64,000 nt of DNA from Octopus sinensis (Eukaryota): contig NC_043024.1 in the NCBI RefSeq assembly GCF_006345805.1, positions 4,216,001-4,280,000 of the forward strand. Direction: 5' to 3'. Every line of letters begins with the position of its first letter. The stretch's first letter is position 1. Positions 35,831 through 48,897 of the stretch are shown here, piece after piece. A program made the translations under genes and the position numbers. The notes beneath the pieces are model-generated. The model made no database searches. It saw only the letters and a program-made list of their open reading frames with translations, and was not told the origin of the DNA.

Positions 35831-36747
35831 ATAAAATAAGATAATGCAGCAGCAATAACAACATAACTATCTCTCAAGAACCAACAAATATTTCAAATGA
35901 ACAAACCAACCCACACTCTCGAACTTCACTATGAAATAACACAAACTATATACACTCTCTCGGTTCAGTCCATTCCTCACAAGAGGGTACCTTGGCTCTC
36001 ATCACAACACTGAGAGTGTAAGAGGTGACTTAAGGTTACTAACTTTGTTCTGCCGACAAATTTCCATTTATTTATTCTTGAGCTTCTCTTACTGCTGGGA
36101 ACCACCTCTGCCTGGTACTGGCATTTATGCGAACAATGTAGACAATTGACAAGTATCAAATGCCACAATACATAAATTCATTATTTATTAAAATTATCTT
36201 CAATTGTAGAAGTATCATAATTACTAAATGGTAATCAATTAGCATATTCAGGGCCATTTAGTCACCTACCAATCTGGTTGACACACTAGTCAAATTGACT
36301 ACATCCTCACTAGGAAACAGGAAAGATGACTATTTGTAAATGCCCAAACCTTCCCAGGTGAAGAATGTACCCCACAACATAGATTAGTAGTTAGCGACTT
36401 CAGGATCAGGGCTAAATGGATGCCCAGAAGACGACCAGAATGGAGGAGAAGGGTCTGGAAGCTTAAGGATCCTGCAAAAAGAGATTGAGAGACATATTAC
36501 TCAAAGCTGTGGAAGACAACTGGAGATTTCTACAGGACAACATTTTGAGGGCTAGTGACCAGATCTGTGGATGGTGCAAAGTTTCCTCTCAAACCAAGGT
36601 AACGTGGTGGTGGAACAATGTTGTTGACAGGGCTAGTAAGGAAAAGAAACAGGCTTTGAAGGACTGGAAGACCGGTGATAGCAGGGAGTTGTATCAGACT
36701 GCCAAAAGGGAAGCTAGGAGATAGGTTTATTTGGCCAGAGGGGAAGC

Positions 36748-39700
36748 ATCATCATCATCGTTTAACGTCCGCTTTCCAGGTGCCAGACGAGGCTGGCGAA
36801 CAGCCACAGGTGCCAGACACAGGTGCCAGACGAGGCTGGCGAACAGCCACGCTCGGATGGTGTTTTTTACGTGCCACCGGCACGGAGGCCGGTCATTACG
36901 GTACTGGCTATGGCCACGTTCGGATGGTTTTCATATGTGCCACCGGCACTGGTACCACAAAACTACAAATTCCATTAATGTTCATCAAGTTTGCTTTTGA
37001 TTTTGTCCATTTTCACTTGCCTCAACAGGTCTTCACAAGTAGAGTTATGTGTCCCAAGAAGGAAGGTATGCATAGGTGCACTGACTATGTTCCAGGTAGG
37101 GGCCATGGGTTATGGCCTCACTTGTCCAGCCGGGTCTTCTCACGCACAGCATACTTCCAAAGGTCTCGGTCTCTGGTCATTTCCTCGGTGAGACCTAAAG
37201 AGCGAAGGTCGTTCTTCACCACCTTGGCCCAGGTTTTCCTGGGTCTGCCTCTTCCACAGGTTCCCTCAACCGCCAGGGTGTGGCACTTTTTCACACAACT
37301 ATCTTCATCCATTCTTACTACGTGTCCATACCAGTGTAGACGCCTCTCTTGCACACCACATCTGATGCTTCTTAGGTCCAACTTTTCTCTCAAAGCACTT
37401 ACACTCTTTCTGGTATGAACACTGACATTACACATCCAACGGAGCATACTGGCTTCATTTCTTGCAAGCTTACGCATATCTTCAGCAGTCTCGGCCCATG
37501 TTTCACTGCCATGTTTCGCACACATGCGTCATACAGTCTGCCTTTTACTCTGAGCGAGAGGCCTTTTGTCAGCAGCAGAGGTAAGAGCTCTCTGAACTTT
37601 GTCCAGGCTATTCTTACTCTAACAGTTACACTTTCGGCACACCCACCCCCGCTACTGACTTGGTCACCTAGGTAACGGAAACTATCAACTATTTCAAGTT
37701 TTTCTCCCTGGAATGTGACGGAAGATGGTCTCTGCGCACTTTCAGTGTTTATTGCACCAGAGCATCTGCCACATACAAAAACTATTTTCCTAGTTAGCCT
37801 TCCTTTGACATTGCTGCACCTCTTATGTGTCCATAGCTTACACTTGGTGCATATTATAGAGTTCCTACCTACGCCTTTTCTACAGATCGAGCAGGGCCAT
37901 CTACCTGATGGCGTTTGAAATTTGTCTACCTTCCTACTTATTAGGACTTTGGTTTTAGCTAGATTGACTCTAAGGCCCTTTGATTCTAATCCTTGCTTCC
38001 ACACCTGAAACTTCTCCTCGAGTTCCGATAGTGATTTAGCAATTAGAGCAAGGTCGTCAGCATAGAGGAGCTCCCAGGGGCATCCTGTCTTGAATTCCTC
38101 TGTTATTGCCTGGAGGACTATGATAAATAGGAGGGGGCTGAGGACTGAGCCTTGGTGGACCCCAACCTCCACCCGGAATTCTTTGCTGTACTCATTGCCA
38201 ACCCTCACCTTACTAACAGCGTCCCTGTACATGGCACGCACAGCTCTCACTAACCATTCATCTATACCTAGTTTCCTCATTGACCACCAGATAAGGGAAT
38301 GGGGGACCCTGTCAAAGGCTTTCTCCAAGTCAACAAAAGCCAGGTACAGAGTTTTATCTTTCGCTAGGTATTTCTCCTGCAGCTGTCTCACCAGAAATAT
38401 GGTATCAGTGGTGCTTTTCCCTGGCATGAAACCAAACTGCATCTCGTCTAGGTTGACTCTCTCTCTAATCAGTTGGGCTATGACGCTTTCCGTAACCTTC
38501 ATTACCTGATCCAACAGCTTGATACCTCTGTAATTACTTGTATCTAGAGCATCACCCTTACCTTTGTAGCAGTTGACTATTATGCTACTACACTAGTCAT
38601 TGGGTATGACTCCTTCGTGTATCCCCTGGTTAACTATATGGGTGACTAGGTTATAGCCGACACTGCCAGATATTTTGAGCATCTCAGCAGTAATTCCTGA
38701 TGGGCCTGGGGCTTTCCCTGTCTTCATGCTACTAATTGCCTTAACTACCATGGAACTGTCAACTCGGATAGCTGGTCCCTCTATTGGGTCAACATTCAGC
38801 AGACTCTCTTTATCCCATTCATTTTCTTTGTTGAGCAACCTTTCATAGTGGCATCTCCAAACCTCTCTCTTTGCATCCTCATTCAGCGCAAGTGAACCAT
38901 CATCCATGCGAACACATTTCTCTCCTACCACATCACGATTCTCTCTCACACACTGTCTTGCCACACGAAACACCTCAAGTCTTTCATCCTCATGGCGCAG
39001 AACATTGGCAAATTTTTTCTTATCTGCTTCCCCTCTAGCTAAATATACCTGTCTCCTAGCTCCTCTTTTCGCAGTCTGATACAATTCCCTACTACCGCCT
39101 TTCCTCCAGTCCTTCGAAGCCTGTCTCTTGTCTCTAATAGCCCTGTCTACAACACTGTTCCACCACCACGTTACCCTGGGATGAGATGGGACTTTGCTCC
39201 ATCCACAGATCTGGTCAGTGGCTTTCAGCAGATTGTCCCGTAGAAACCTCCAGTTGGCTTCCACATTTTGTGATGCTATATCCCCTTCTATTTCGTCGAA
39301 AGCTTTGAGTAGAACTTCTCTAAATCTCCGTCCATTTACAGGATATTTAAGTTTCCAGACTCTTCTCCTCCGAACTGGTCTTATTCTGGGCATCCATTTG
39401 GCCCTGATTCTGAAGTCGCTAACTACTAATCTATGTTGAGGGGTACATTCCTCACCTGGGAAGGTTTTGGCATTAATAAGCAGCCCCTTTTTCCTCTTTC
39501 TGGCGAGGATGTAGTCGATCTGGCTAGTTTGTCTGCCAGAACGGTAGGTGACTAGGTGAGAGGTGGGTCTCCTGAAGTTGGTATTGCAAATCATAAGGTC
39601 ATTTGCATCGCAGAACTCCAGCAGCCTGGTTCCCTCCTCATTGCGAGAGCCAAAACCGTGGCCTCCGTGTATGCCGTGGAAGCCCCCGACATGCCGTCCA

Positions 39701-40965
39701 ACATGTCCATTGAAATCACCTGCCACAAAGAGAAGGTCACTGTCATTTGTCAACGAGGTAGTCAGTAATAGGGTGTCATAGAATCGGTCTTTCTGTCCTT
39801 CTGGTAGCCCCGGCTGAGGGGCATACGCCGAGATAATGGTTGCTGACCTATGATAAAGCACTAGTCTAATCTTAATGATTCTTTCACATACTCTGACTAC
39901 CTTATCAACCCATTTCTCTGCAAGAAGTATACCCACGCCCCCAACCCCGTCAGTGTTCCCTGCCCAGAAAATCTTGTACCTGTATTCCTTGCCTGTGAGG
40001 AACCTAGCAGAACCTCCTCTCCACCTTACTTCTTGGATGCAGCACAAATCCACACGTCTCCGTTCAAGCAGCTCGACAATCTCACCAGACCTACCTTTCA
40101 ATGTGCCAACATTGAGTGTGCCAACCCTGAGGGTGTGAGGGGTGTGGGCCTGTGGGACCCAGGGATGGGGGACAGAAGTGTCATGTACCTGAAAAGAAGA
40201 AGGCTTGCGATTGGCAGATTTCATAAAGAGACACTAGACTACAACCTTCATACACTACAGTTTTTGCACTATATGATCGAATAAGCCCTACGATAGGGGC
40301 GTGGGAGTGTCTGCTTGAGGGGGGAAGCACAAGTAGACTGAGGTACTAAACTTCCAGTTTTGGTGGAGGGGGTGGGAGGGCGGGCGTACCGCGAAAGAGC
40401 AAATGCCGAAATTATTTTAGGGAATTTTGGGAGAAAAGGACATCCCTGAAATAAAAGAGGAATATAGAAAATGCATCGAAAAAGACAAATAGGAAGCTAG
40501 CGGCGTCATGTTTACAAGACAGAGAGATAAAATAAAATATAGAGAGGAGGGAGATAGAGAGATAGTCAATAGAGAGGGGAGAAGGTATCAGGGTTACAGA
40601 TCAGCGCCTAAACGGTAATGAAACAAGGTTATGAGTCAAAATATCTTAGCTGCACATTTCTGAAATCCAAGTTTATCATCTGAAGCAAAGCAATGAGGAA
40701 TCGAGTAGAGGCAGGAACCGAGCAAACGCTGGTTTATATAGAGATTAGGGGTTTTTCTGGGGGTGGGGGGGGGACGATTGGCGTGTTAGATAGAAGAGGG
40801 GGAAAGAGAGAGAGAGAAGGGAGACACCACAAGGGAGAAATCTCTATGGCAGGACGAGGTTCGAAATAAAAAAAACTTAATGAAACAGGAAATGCCGAAA
40901 ACGCGAGACAGGCTAAAAGCCGAAGTTATTTTAGGGAATTTTGGGAGAAAAGGACATCCCTGAAA
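36748..40965 (-). mobile_element. Near full-length young RTE-clade LINE
   Basis: ~740-bp 5' region, single APE-RT reading frame, 3' UTR and (GAT)n tail. Confidence 0.9.
37118..40224 (-). pseudogene. RTE ORF (APE endonuclease plus reverse transcriptase) with one nonsense codon (38593-38595, W->stop) and one frameshift (~37520)
   Basis: GTLNVGTL, SAYAPQ, GDFNGHVG, IDYIL, QHRLV; QFGF, FVDLEKAFD, GVHQGSVLSP, LYADD, YLG; the frames at 38593 and 38514 are in phase. Confidence 0.92.
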
Positions 40966-42744
40966 AAGGAAAAATTTGCCAATGTTCTGCGCCGTGATGA
41001 CCAAAGACTTGAAGTATTTTCCTGTTGCCAGACAGTGTATGAGAGAGAATCGCGATGTCCGAGGAGAGAAATGTGTCCTCATGGGTGACGGTTCACTTGC
41101 TTTAAACGAAGCTGCAAAGAGACAGGTTTGGAGACGCCATTATGAAAGTTTGCTAAATAAAGTGAATGAATGTGAAAAAGAGAGTCTGCCGAATGCCAGC
41201 CCAACAGAGGGACCAGCTATCTATCTAAATTGACAGTGCCTTGGTAGGTAAAGCAATTAAGGGTATGAAGACAGGGAAAGCCCCCGGACAATCAGGAATC
41301 ACCACAGAGATGCTCAAAATATCTGGCAGTGTCGGCTATAGCCTAGTCAACCAGGTGATACATGAAGGAGTCATACCCAATGACTGGTGTAGCAGCACCA
41401 TAGTCAACTGCTAACAAAGGTAAAGTTGACACATTAGATACAAATAATTACAGAGGTATCAAGTTGTTGGATCAGGTAATGAAGGTCATGGAGAGGGTCA
41501 TAGCCCAAGTAATTAGGGAGAGAGGCAGTTTAGATGAGATGCAGTTTCGGTTCATGCCAGGGGAAAGCACCACTGATGCTATATTTCTGATAAGACAGAT
41601 GCAGGAGAAATAGCTAGTCCAAGATAAAACTCTGTACCTGGCTTTCATTGACAGGGTCCCCCGATCCCCTATCTGGTGGTCAATGAGGAGACTAGGGATG
41701 GATGAATGTTTATTGAGAGCTGTACAAGCCATGTACAGTAAGGTGAGGATTGGCAACGAGTACAGTGAAGAATATCGGGTAGGGGTAAGGGTCAACCTAT
41801 GATCAGTCCTCAGCCCCCTCTTATTCATTATAGTCCTCCAGGCAATAACAGAGGAATTCAAGACAGGCTGCTCCTCTATGCTGATGACCTTGCACTAATA
41901 GCAGAGTCACTGCCGGAACTGGAGCCAAAGGTTAGGGCGTGGAAGCAAAGTCTAGAATTGAATGGCCTTAGGGTTAACCTAGCCAAAACCAAAGTTTTAG
42001 TTAGTGTGCAGGCTGTCAAATCACAAACTCCTCTGTAGAAAAGGCTTTTGGTACAAATGCCATACGATGCACCCGGTGTAAGCTATGGACACATATGCAG
42101 CAATATCAAAGGAAGGTTAACTGGGAAAATTATTTCTTGTGTGGGGCAATAAACACTGAAGGTGTTCAGAAAACAGCTTCCATTACATGCCTGGGGAAGA
42201 AACTAGAAGTAGTAAATACTTTCTACTGCCTAGGCGACCAAGTATGTAGTGGGAGTGATTGCTCTGCAAGTGTAGCAACTAGAGTAATAATAGCCTGGGC
42301 AAATTCAGGGAGCTCCTACCTCTGCTGGCAGCTAATGACCTCTCACTCAGGGGGAAAGGTGGACTGTATGATGCATGTGTGTGAACTGCCATGCTATACG
42401 GCAGTGAAACATGGGCCATGAATGCCGAGGACATGCGTAAGCTTGAGTCAAGTAAAACCAATACCGTGCTGGGGGCCGGTGACCCGCTGGCTGGTTCCTG
42501 TGCCGATGGGACATAAAGAACACCCACTACACTCTCAGAATAGTTGGCGTTAGGAAAGGCATTTAGATGTAGAAATTATGCTAGACTACATTGGAGCCTG
42601 TTGCAGCAGCTGGCTCTCCAAGATTTCAGTCAAACTGTCCAACCCATGCCATCATGGAAAACGGACGTTAATCGATGATGATGATGACGACGATGATGAT
42701 GATTATATTAGTAATAAAGTTGGATGCAGGCAAGCGATTTGTAG

Positions 42745-42921
42745 TAGAGAGCAATAGCGTTCGAAGCGAGAAAAGAGTTGGCGGCCAGCGACAGGCGGTG
42801 CGATCAATCGAAAAGCCGTCATCTCGGCAGCGAAATCTCCCGCGAGTGTGTGTCCGGTAGCGTACGTAACACACGGACGCATCGCATTTATGTACGTGGC
42901 TAAGGAAGCTATTGCTCTCTA
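42745..42921. mobile_element. CpG-rich MITE with 14-bp perfect inverted ends
   Basis: TAGAGAGCAATAGC / GCTATTGCTCTCTA. Confidence 0.7.
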
Positions 42922-43059
42922 ATAATTGCTTGCTTTTTATTTACTTAATGCATTCTTCACTTCGGCATACTGGGCAGAGATCGCATCGCATTCATGCACG
43001 CATTAGCTGTTTACATTAACTACGTCACAAAATAGCTGTCTACGGCACAGTAACAGTAT

Positions 43060-44735
43060 GTTTAGACGCAACAAATGATTTCAGCTCAAAGCAGAGAATA
43101 CGATTGGTTACACAGCTCAAAACAGAGATTATGATTGGTTAAAATTCGAAGAATTAAACCACGTAAAACTTACAAAATACAATTTTCTCAAAAAACTAAG
43201 TGAAATTAATGTTTTCTTTTGACACATTCTACCAGTATACGAAGTTTCAAATTGTTTAGTTAACTAGAAAATTCCGTCCATCAAAAGGAAAAGATCCAAA
43301 TTGGATATATATATATATATATATCAAAGTATTAATGTTGATGATAATAATATATATATATATGTATGTATGTATATTAAGTATAAATACATATATATAC
43401 ATACGTGTATATTCATGCAAGCTGCCGCATACAGACGCATGCACAGCAACTAACAAAAAGAAACAGCTCCAATAATGGACATGGTCAAGAACCAGTGAAG
43501 AGGTTGCAAGAAGTAAGGAATATTTTAGAAAATAAATAAATGAACGGTCCTCAAAAGTAAACCTCCGAATTGTTTTCCCACAAAATTCCTACCTTCTCGG
43601 AATCTATATCGTCCGAGGTATATTTGTAGAAAATTTCATTAAAAAATATAACATCTATTTTCTTGAAAGTTAAGAAGAATTGAAGTTCACGCCGCTGAAT
43701 TTTCCGAAACTCCTCATACCGAAAGTACTTTCCTACAAAAGTTTTGTATATTCGGAATCTACATACTATAACAAATATTCGTAGAATATTTAATTAAAGT
43801 TACAATCATCCAAAGTGGTGGGGCATGAATCTGTAGATATGCCGGTTCTCCGTTTGTTTTTACTCGTTAATCACGTTTTCTTCTCATTTTACAAATAAAT
43901 TTCCTCTATATCACATCTAACAGCCGATAATAGGTTTTCAGAAACAACAAACCAACATTTCAGTTTGGAAGTTATTATTTAAGAATTCTATTAATTACAT
44001 TGTTATTAGTAGTATTATTATCATCATTGTCAACTTACCGTATTCAGTCAAAAACTGCAAATCACAGACCGATAACTAATTAGTCTAATTAATAATAACG
44101 ATGTCAATTTCAAAGCACCTTGCACACACGGGAAGCCAGTAAGTGTATGACGTCATCAAGAGTGAAAGCGTGCCGTTTTGTGGCTGACCAATCGACGGCT
44201 GGAATGAACTATTATAGAAGTTACTTCCCTTCGTTTCATAGTATTTCTGTAATTCTCTCACAGATGGCTCTACTGACAGGAGGGATTCCCTCCAGTATCC
44301 CCCTATTCTATTAATATCTGTATTGTGTGTCAAGGCGCTCATTTGAGGGAATGATTTGCCACAGATCTCGCACTGATATATCTTCTCTCCTGTAAGAATA
44401 TATTTCTGTTTAGCTAAAATGCTAAATAGAAAATCTCACAGTGATAAAATCTTTATTATGATCCTGAGATCGAACATAGAAAACGACATAACAGTACAAA
44501 GAGTTACAAAAATGGGATCTTTTCCTTTTGAACGGCAGTTTTCAACACAATTTCTAGTTAACTAAACACTTTAAAACTTCGTATGCTGGTTCAATGTGTC
44601 AAAATAAAACTTTTTTTTCTCTTGGCTTTCTTGAGAAAATTGTAATTTGTAAGTTTAACGTAGATGAATTTTTCGAATTTTAACCAATCCTATGCCCTCT
44701 CTTGAGCTAAAATCATTTGCTGTGTCTAAAACAGA
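43060..44735. repeat. Diverged inverted pair (43060-43300 and 44510-44735)
   Basis: GATTGGTTAAAATTCGAA...GTTTAGTTAACTAGAAA...CAAAAGGAAAAGATCC on opposite strands, roughly 80% identity by eye. Confidence 0.7.
43880..44290 (-). promoter_or_regulatory. ZNF3-type promoter/exon-1 block with no adjacent coding exon
   Basis: Paralogous to 50830-51370; donor G|GTAAGT at 44038, TGACGTCA at 44148-44155, CCAAT at 44188-44192. Confidence 0.45.
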
Positions 44736-45122
44736 CAACATCCTGTCATTAACCCTTCAACTGCAGGATGCATTTCCTAATGTCAACCCTTCTACAGAGT
44801 GCACTGGGTGTCATTTTTTCTTTTTTATGTGACAACAAAACCGACAGGGTCCCCAAGGACCCTGCAAGACCAAGTAGCTCAAAACTGGCAGGGAGGAAGG
44901 TAGTATTGAAGGAACGTCACTTTGTGCCCGTTGACAGGTTTAAGGGAGAAAGGGAACAGGGTCCAGATATAGTGCAAAAAAAACAAGCACAAAATAAATA
45001 TTTTATTCATTATTCTTTATTAAGAAATTCCTATAACTGATGAAAGGAAAAAGCCTGTGTTTTAGCAGACCACTTAGTGTTAATTATTGTTATGACTTAA
45101 TAAATTTTGACATTGAGACAGT

Positions 45123-45367
45123 AACACGTCTCTGTGAATAGCCACATGTTTATGCATGTGGCTTTTTCGAGAGAATCATTTGCCACACATGTCACACTGA
45201 CATGGCTACTCTCATATAGGGATTCGTTCATGGACAGTTAAGTTAAGTCTATGAGAGAATGCTTTAACACAGACATGACCATTATATAGGTTGTGTCTGG
45301 TATGAAGATTTTCGTGTGTAGTTACAACACCATTTCCAAAAAATGAATTACAACAACTAATGCAAGG
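45123..45367 (-). pseudogene. Three fossil C2H2 fingers in frame after the ZNF3 stop codon
   Basis: *PCISCCNSFFGNGVVTTHENLH / YNGHVCVKAFSHRLNLTVHERIP / CQCDMCGK*FSRKSHMHKHVAIH. Confidence 0.8.
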
Positions 45368-46867
45368 TTATGGCTTCTCTACTCCATGTGTATGTGTGTG
45401 TCTATTCAACTGATGCCTTTGAGAAAATGACTCACCACAGATCTCACAATGATAAGGTTTCTCACCAGTATGAATACGATTGTGAGTAACGAAATGACTA
45501 TTAAGAGAGAATGATTTATCACAGATATCACAGTGATATGGTCTCTCTCCTGTATGAGTAAGTCTGTGCCTAGTCAATTGACTATTATGAGAGAATGACT
45601 TACCACAAATATCACAGTGATAAGGTTTCTCACCAGTATGTGTACGTATGTGATCAACCAAATGACTTTTACAAGAGAATGATTTACCACAGATATCGCA
45701 ACGATATGGTTTTTCTCCTGTATGTGTACGTTTGTGTATAACCAAGCCGCGACTACGACAGAATGATTTATCACAGATATCACAATGATAAGGTTTCTCA
45801 CCAGTATGTGTAGGCTTGTGATTAGTCAAGTGATGACTTTGAGAGAATGATTTACCACAGATATCACAATGATATGGCCTCTCTCCTGTATGAATACGTT
45901 TGTGTCTTCGTAAGGCACTATTTTCAATGAATGATTTACCACAGATATCACAATGATATGGCTTCTCTCCTGTATGAATGCGATTGTGAGTAACCAAATC
46001 ACTATTTTCAAAGAATGATTTACCACAGATATCGCATTGGTATGGCCTCTCTCCTGTATGAATACGTTTGTGTCTTCGTAAGGCACTATTTTCTAAGAAT
46101 GATTTACCACAGATATCACAATGATATGGCTTCTCTCCTGTATGAATGCGATTGTGAGTAACCAAATTACAATTATAAGAGAATGATTTACCACAGATCT
46201 CACAATGATATGGTTTCTCTCCTGTATGAATACGTTTGTGACTTCGTAAGTTAATATTTTTAGAGAATGATTTACCACAGATATCACAATGATAAGGTTT
46301 CTCACCAGAATGACTGCGATTGTGATCAACCAAATTACTATTACAAGAGAATGATTTACCACAGATATCACAATGATAAGGTTTCTCACCAGTATGTGTA
46401 GGCTTGTGATTAGTCAAGTGATGACTTTGAGAGAATGATTTACCACAGATATCACAATGATAGGGTTTCTCTCCCGTATGAATACGTTTGTGTAAAGTCA
46501 AGATACTTCTTCGAGAGAATGATTTACCACAGATCTCACAATGATATGGCTTCTCTCCCGTATGTGTACGTGTGTGATCAACCAAATGACTGTTACAAGA
46601 GAATGATTTACCACAAATCTCACAATGATAAGGTTTCTCTCCTGTATGTGTAAGTCTGTGTTTAGTCAAGATACTGCTTCGAGAGAATGATTTACCACAG
46701 ATATCGCAATGATATGGCTTCTCTCCCGTATGTGTACGTTTGTGTCTAACAATGTCACCACTGTAAGAAAATGATTTTCCACAGATCTCACAGTGATATG
46801 GCTTTTTCTCTTTATCAAGATTTTCCGATTCAGTTAAATTATTCATCATGAGTGAATTACTTAGCAT
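45368..46867 (-). CDS. C2H2 zinc-finger protein ZNF3 (17 intact fingers, essentially finger-only)
   Basis: 17 x 28-aa YHC.ICGKSF...H...HTGE(K/R)P units; first ATG 46867 (alternatives 46849/46846); in-frame TGA at 46933-46931. Confidence 0.88.
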   Translation of the reverse strand: MLSNSLMMNNLTESENLDKEKKPYHCEICGKSFSYSGDIVRHKRTHTGEKPYHCDICGKSFSRSSILTKHRLTHTGEKPYHCEICGKSFSCNSHLVDHTRTHTGEKPYHCEICGKSFSRRSILTLHKRIHTGEKPYHCDICGKSFSQSHHLTNHKPTHTGEKPYHCDICGKSFSCNSNLVDHNRSHSGEKPYHCDICGKSFSKNINLRSHKRIHTGEKPYHCEICGKSFSYNCNLVTHNRIHTGEKPYHCDICGKSFLENSALRRHKRIHTGERPYQCDICGKSFFENSDLVTHNRIHTGEKPYHCDICGKSFIENSALRRHKRIHTGERPYHCDICGKSFSQSHHLTNHKPTHTGEKPYHCDICDKSFCRSRGLVIHKRTHTGEKPYRCDICGKSFSCKSHLVDHIRTHTGEKPYHCDICGKSFSHNSQLTRHRLTHTGERPYHCDICDKSFSLNSHFVTHNRIHTGEKPYHCEICGESFSQRHQLNRHTHTHGVEKP

Positions 46868-48503
46868 ACACTTCACAATGATAAAGTGTTTTTCATTTCC
46901 ATGAATACATTTCTGTTCACTTTTGTCACTTCATTCAGATAACATTTTAATGCAATGTTTCTTCCATACATTCCACAGAAAGAAAAATATTTCGCTGTTC
47001 CTTGTTATAGACTGTATTTATATACAGAGGTAGACTTATTCATGAATGCTCCTTATAAATATACTGTCTTCCTTTAGGTGATGAGAATATCAAAGACACT
47101 TCTCAATGGAGAGATTTCCTTCACGTCAACACGTTGTGATATTCTGAAATAGGAAAAGAAGCAGTAAGATAAAACTGGATTGTTGACCAACATAAGTAAT
47201 TCAACATTACAGATTTTATATCACTACCATTGTCATGCATTTACTGTCCATGCTTGCATAAGTAGATTGAGTTGGAAGGTGTTAGAAGCTAATGGGAATG
47301 GAGCTAGCCAAAACGAAAATATAGTGGGCATAACATGACCAGAGTAGTGAGTTGATGCCATCCAGAATTTCACAGAGCAAAGTTGCCACAAGTGAAATGG
47401 GCTGTTTATGAAGTGATCAGAGTTAATGATAAAGAAGCATTGTTACTCGTCTGCCGCCTTTCCGCTAACTAATTAAAACTCCCACTTCTCTTCATGGGCA
47501 CTGAATTGCCCTCTAGGATCCATACGTGCCCACCCTGATGGGCTGGAGAATGACATAGCAGAACAGAGCTATGGTGTGACAACTAAAATAGCTTTCCTGA
47601 CTTGCTACAATATTAAATACTGGCAGAATCACTAAGATGCCGGATTAATTGCTTAACAGCATTTCGTTTGTAAATAGCTTTGTCAAACTAGAGATAAAAG
47701 CAATCAGGAATGGGAGTGTGTCTGTGCATTGTTTATTTCTCTTCAATCAGGTACACACTGTGAGGGTGAGTACAATCGATCATTTGAACATCCAGATGCC
47801 CCTCCCACCTAGCAAGGAGTCCCTTCTCTGAAGACCAGCTTGCTAGCTAGCCCACAGTGAAAGTCCCTCTTTATATTTCGTCTGTCATGAGTTGGTGCCC
47901 CAAACGTCTTTCCTTTCAAAGCATGACTTCTACTGAGGTCGACTTTCATCCTTTCAAGGTAAATAAAAGAAGCAGTAGAGCACTCGAGTCCCTGAAATTA
48001 ACTTGTCCCCTTCCTACAAATTTCAGGTTTTGCATTTAAAAATACAACAAAAAAAAATCATTATTATTATTATTATCATCATCAACATTAATATTTTATA
48101 AACCCCAAAAAGTAGAGTCTACTCATGGAGCAAAATCCTGACTCCGAATACATCTTACAATTTCATGAGTCCTTTATTAAAAAAAGGGACAACGGTAATT
48201 ATTCTCCTTCCTCTCGCAGGTGTTACGACCACTCACGGAAATGGCGACACACGTCTTTGTGAGCAGAAGGATCTCCTCAGTAGAATCAATAGCTGCAAAC
48301 CCTCTGAACACCTCACAGGTTGTGTCCGGGTAGAATGGATATAATTCGCCTCTACTCATCTATAGACAGAGATTTTCTTGTGGGGTGCTTGTAAAGACAA
48401 GAACATTACATACATTGGTGAGACATCTAGAAGCATTGCAGGGGGATGAAATAAAAATTAGAGGCAGCATGACCACATAACCAGTCCTCCATACTCTACC
48501 AAA

Positions 48504-48882
48504 GGTACTACTCAAAAAGAATGGTCCCGGTGCGTGCACTTGTGCTAGTCCGTCGTGACTGGTCGATCCTTCAACGACTACCTAGCGCGAGTATGCAAAT
48601 TAACAGACGCGCGCATAATGATATATGTATATAATGGCTGAATATATATCAAATAAAATGGGTTTTGTCTTAAACAAAGTAAATAAAAGACTTAACAAAA
48701 GAAATTACTTACTTTGTGTTTTATTTTCTTTGTTTAAAAAAAATTATTTGTTAAAATAAACCTCATACATGTCTAGCGCATGCAAGTGTGATTTTTAGTC
48801 GCGCACTCGCGTTATGTAGTCTTTGTAAGATCGATTAGTCACGACTAGCTAGCACCGGGACCACGCTTATATAAAAGTACCC
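48504..48882. mobile_element. MITE of the GGTAC...GTACC family
   Basis: GGTACTACT..AAGAATGGTCCCGGTGC / GCACCGGGACCACGCTT..AAAGTACC. Confidence 0.75.
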
Positions 48883-48897
48883 ATATATATATCAGGG

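Larger units (their letters stand above)
36258..42705 (+). pseudogene. Old RTE LINE (36258-36747 plus 40966-42705) split by a younger antisense copy
   Basis: ...GCCAGAGGGGAAGC (36747) resumes at AAAATTTGCCAATGTTCTGCGCCG (~40970), contiguous in the 62870-62915 copy; many stops; (GAT)n tail at 42672-42705. Confidence 0.85.

Noticed and set aside
13872-45060. Other CTGATGA hits (13872, ~35326, ~45037)
   Set aside because: None is followed by a stem II closing directly onto GAAA.
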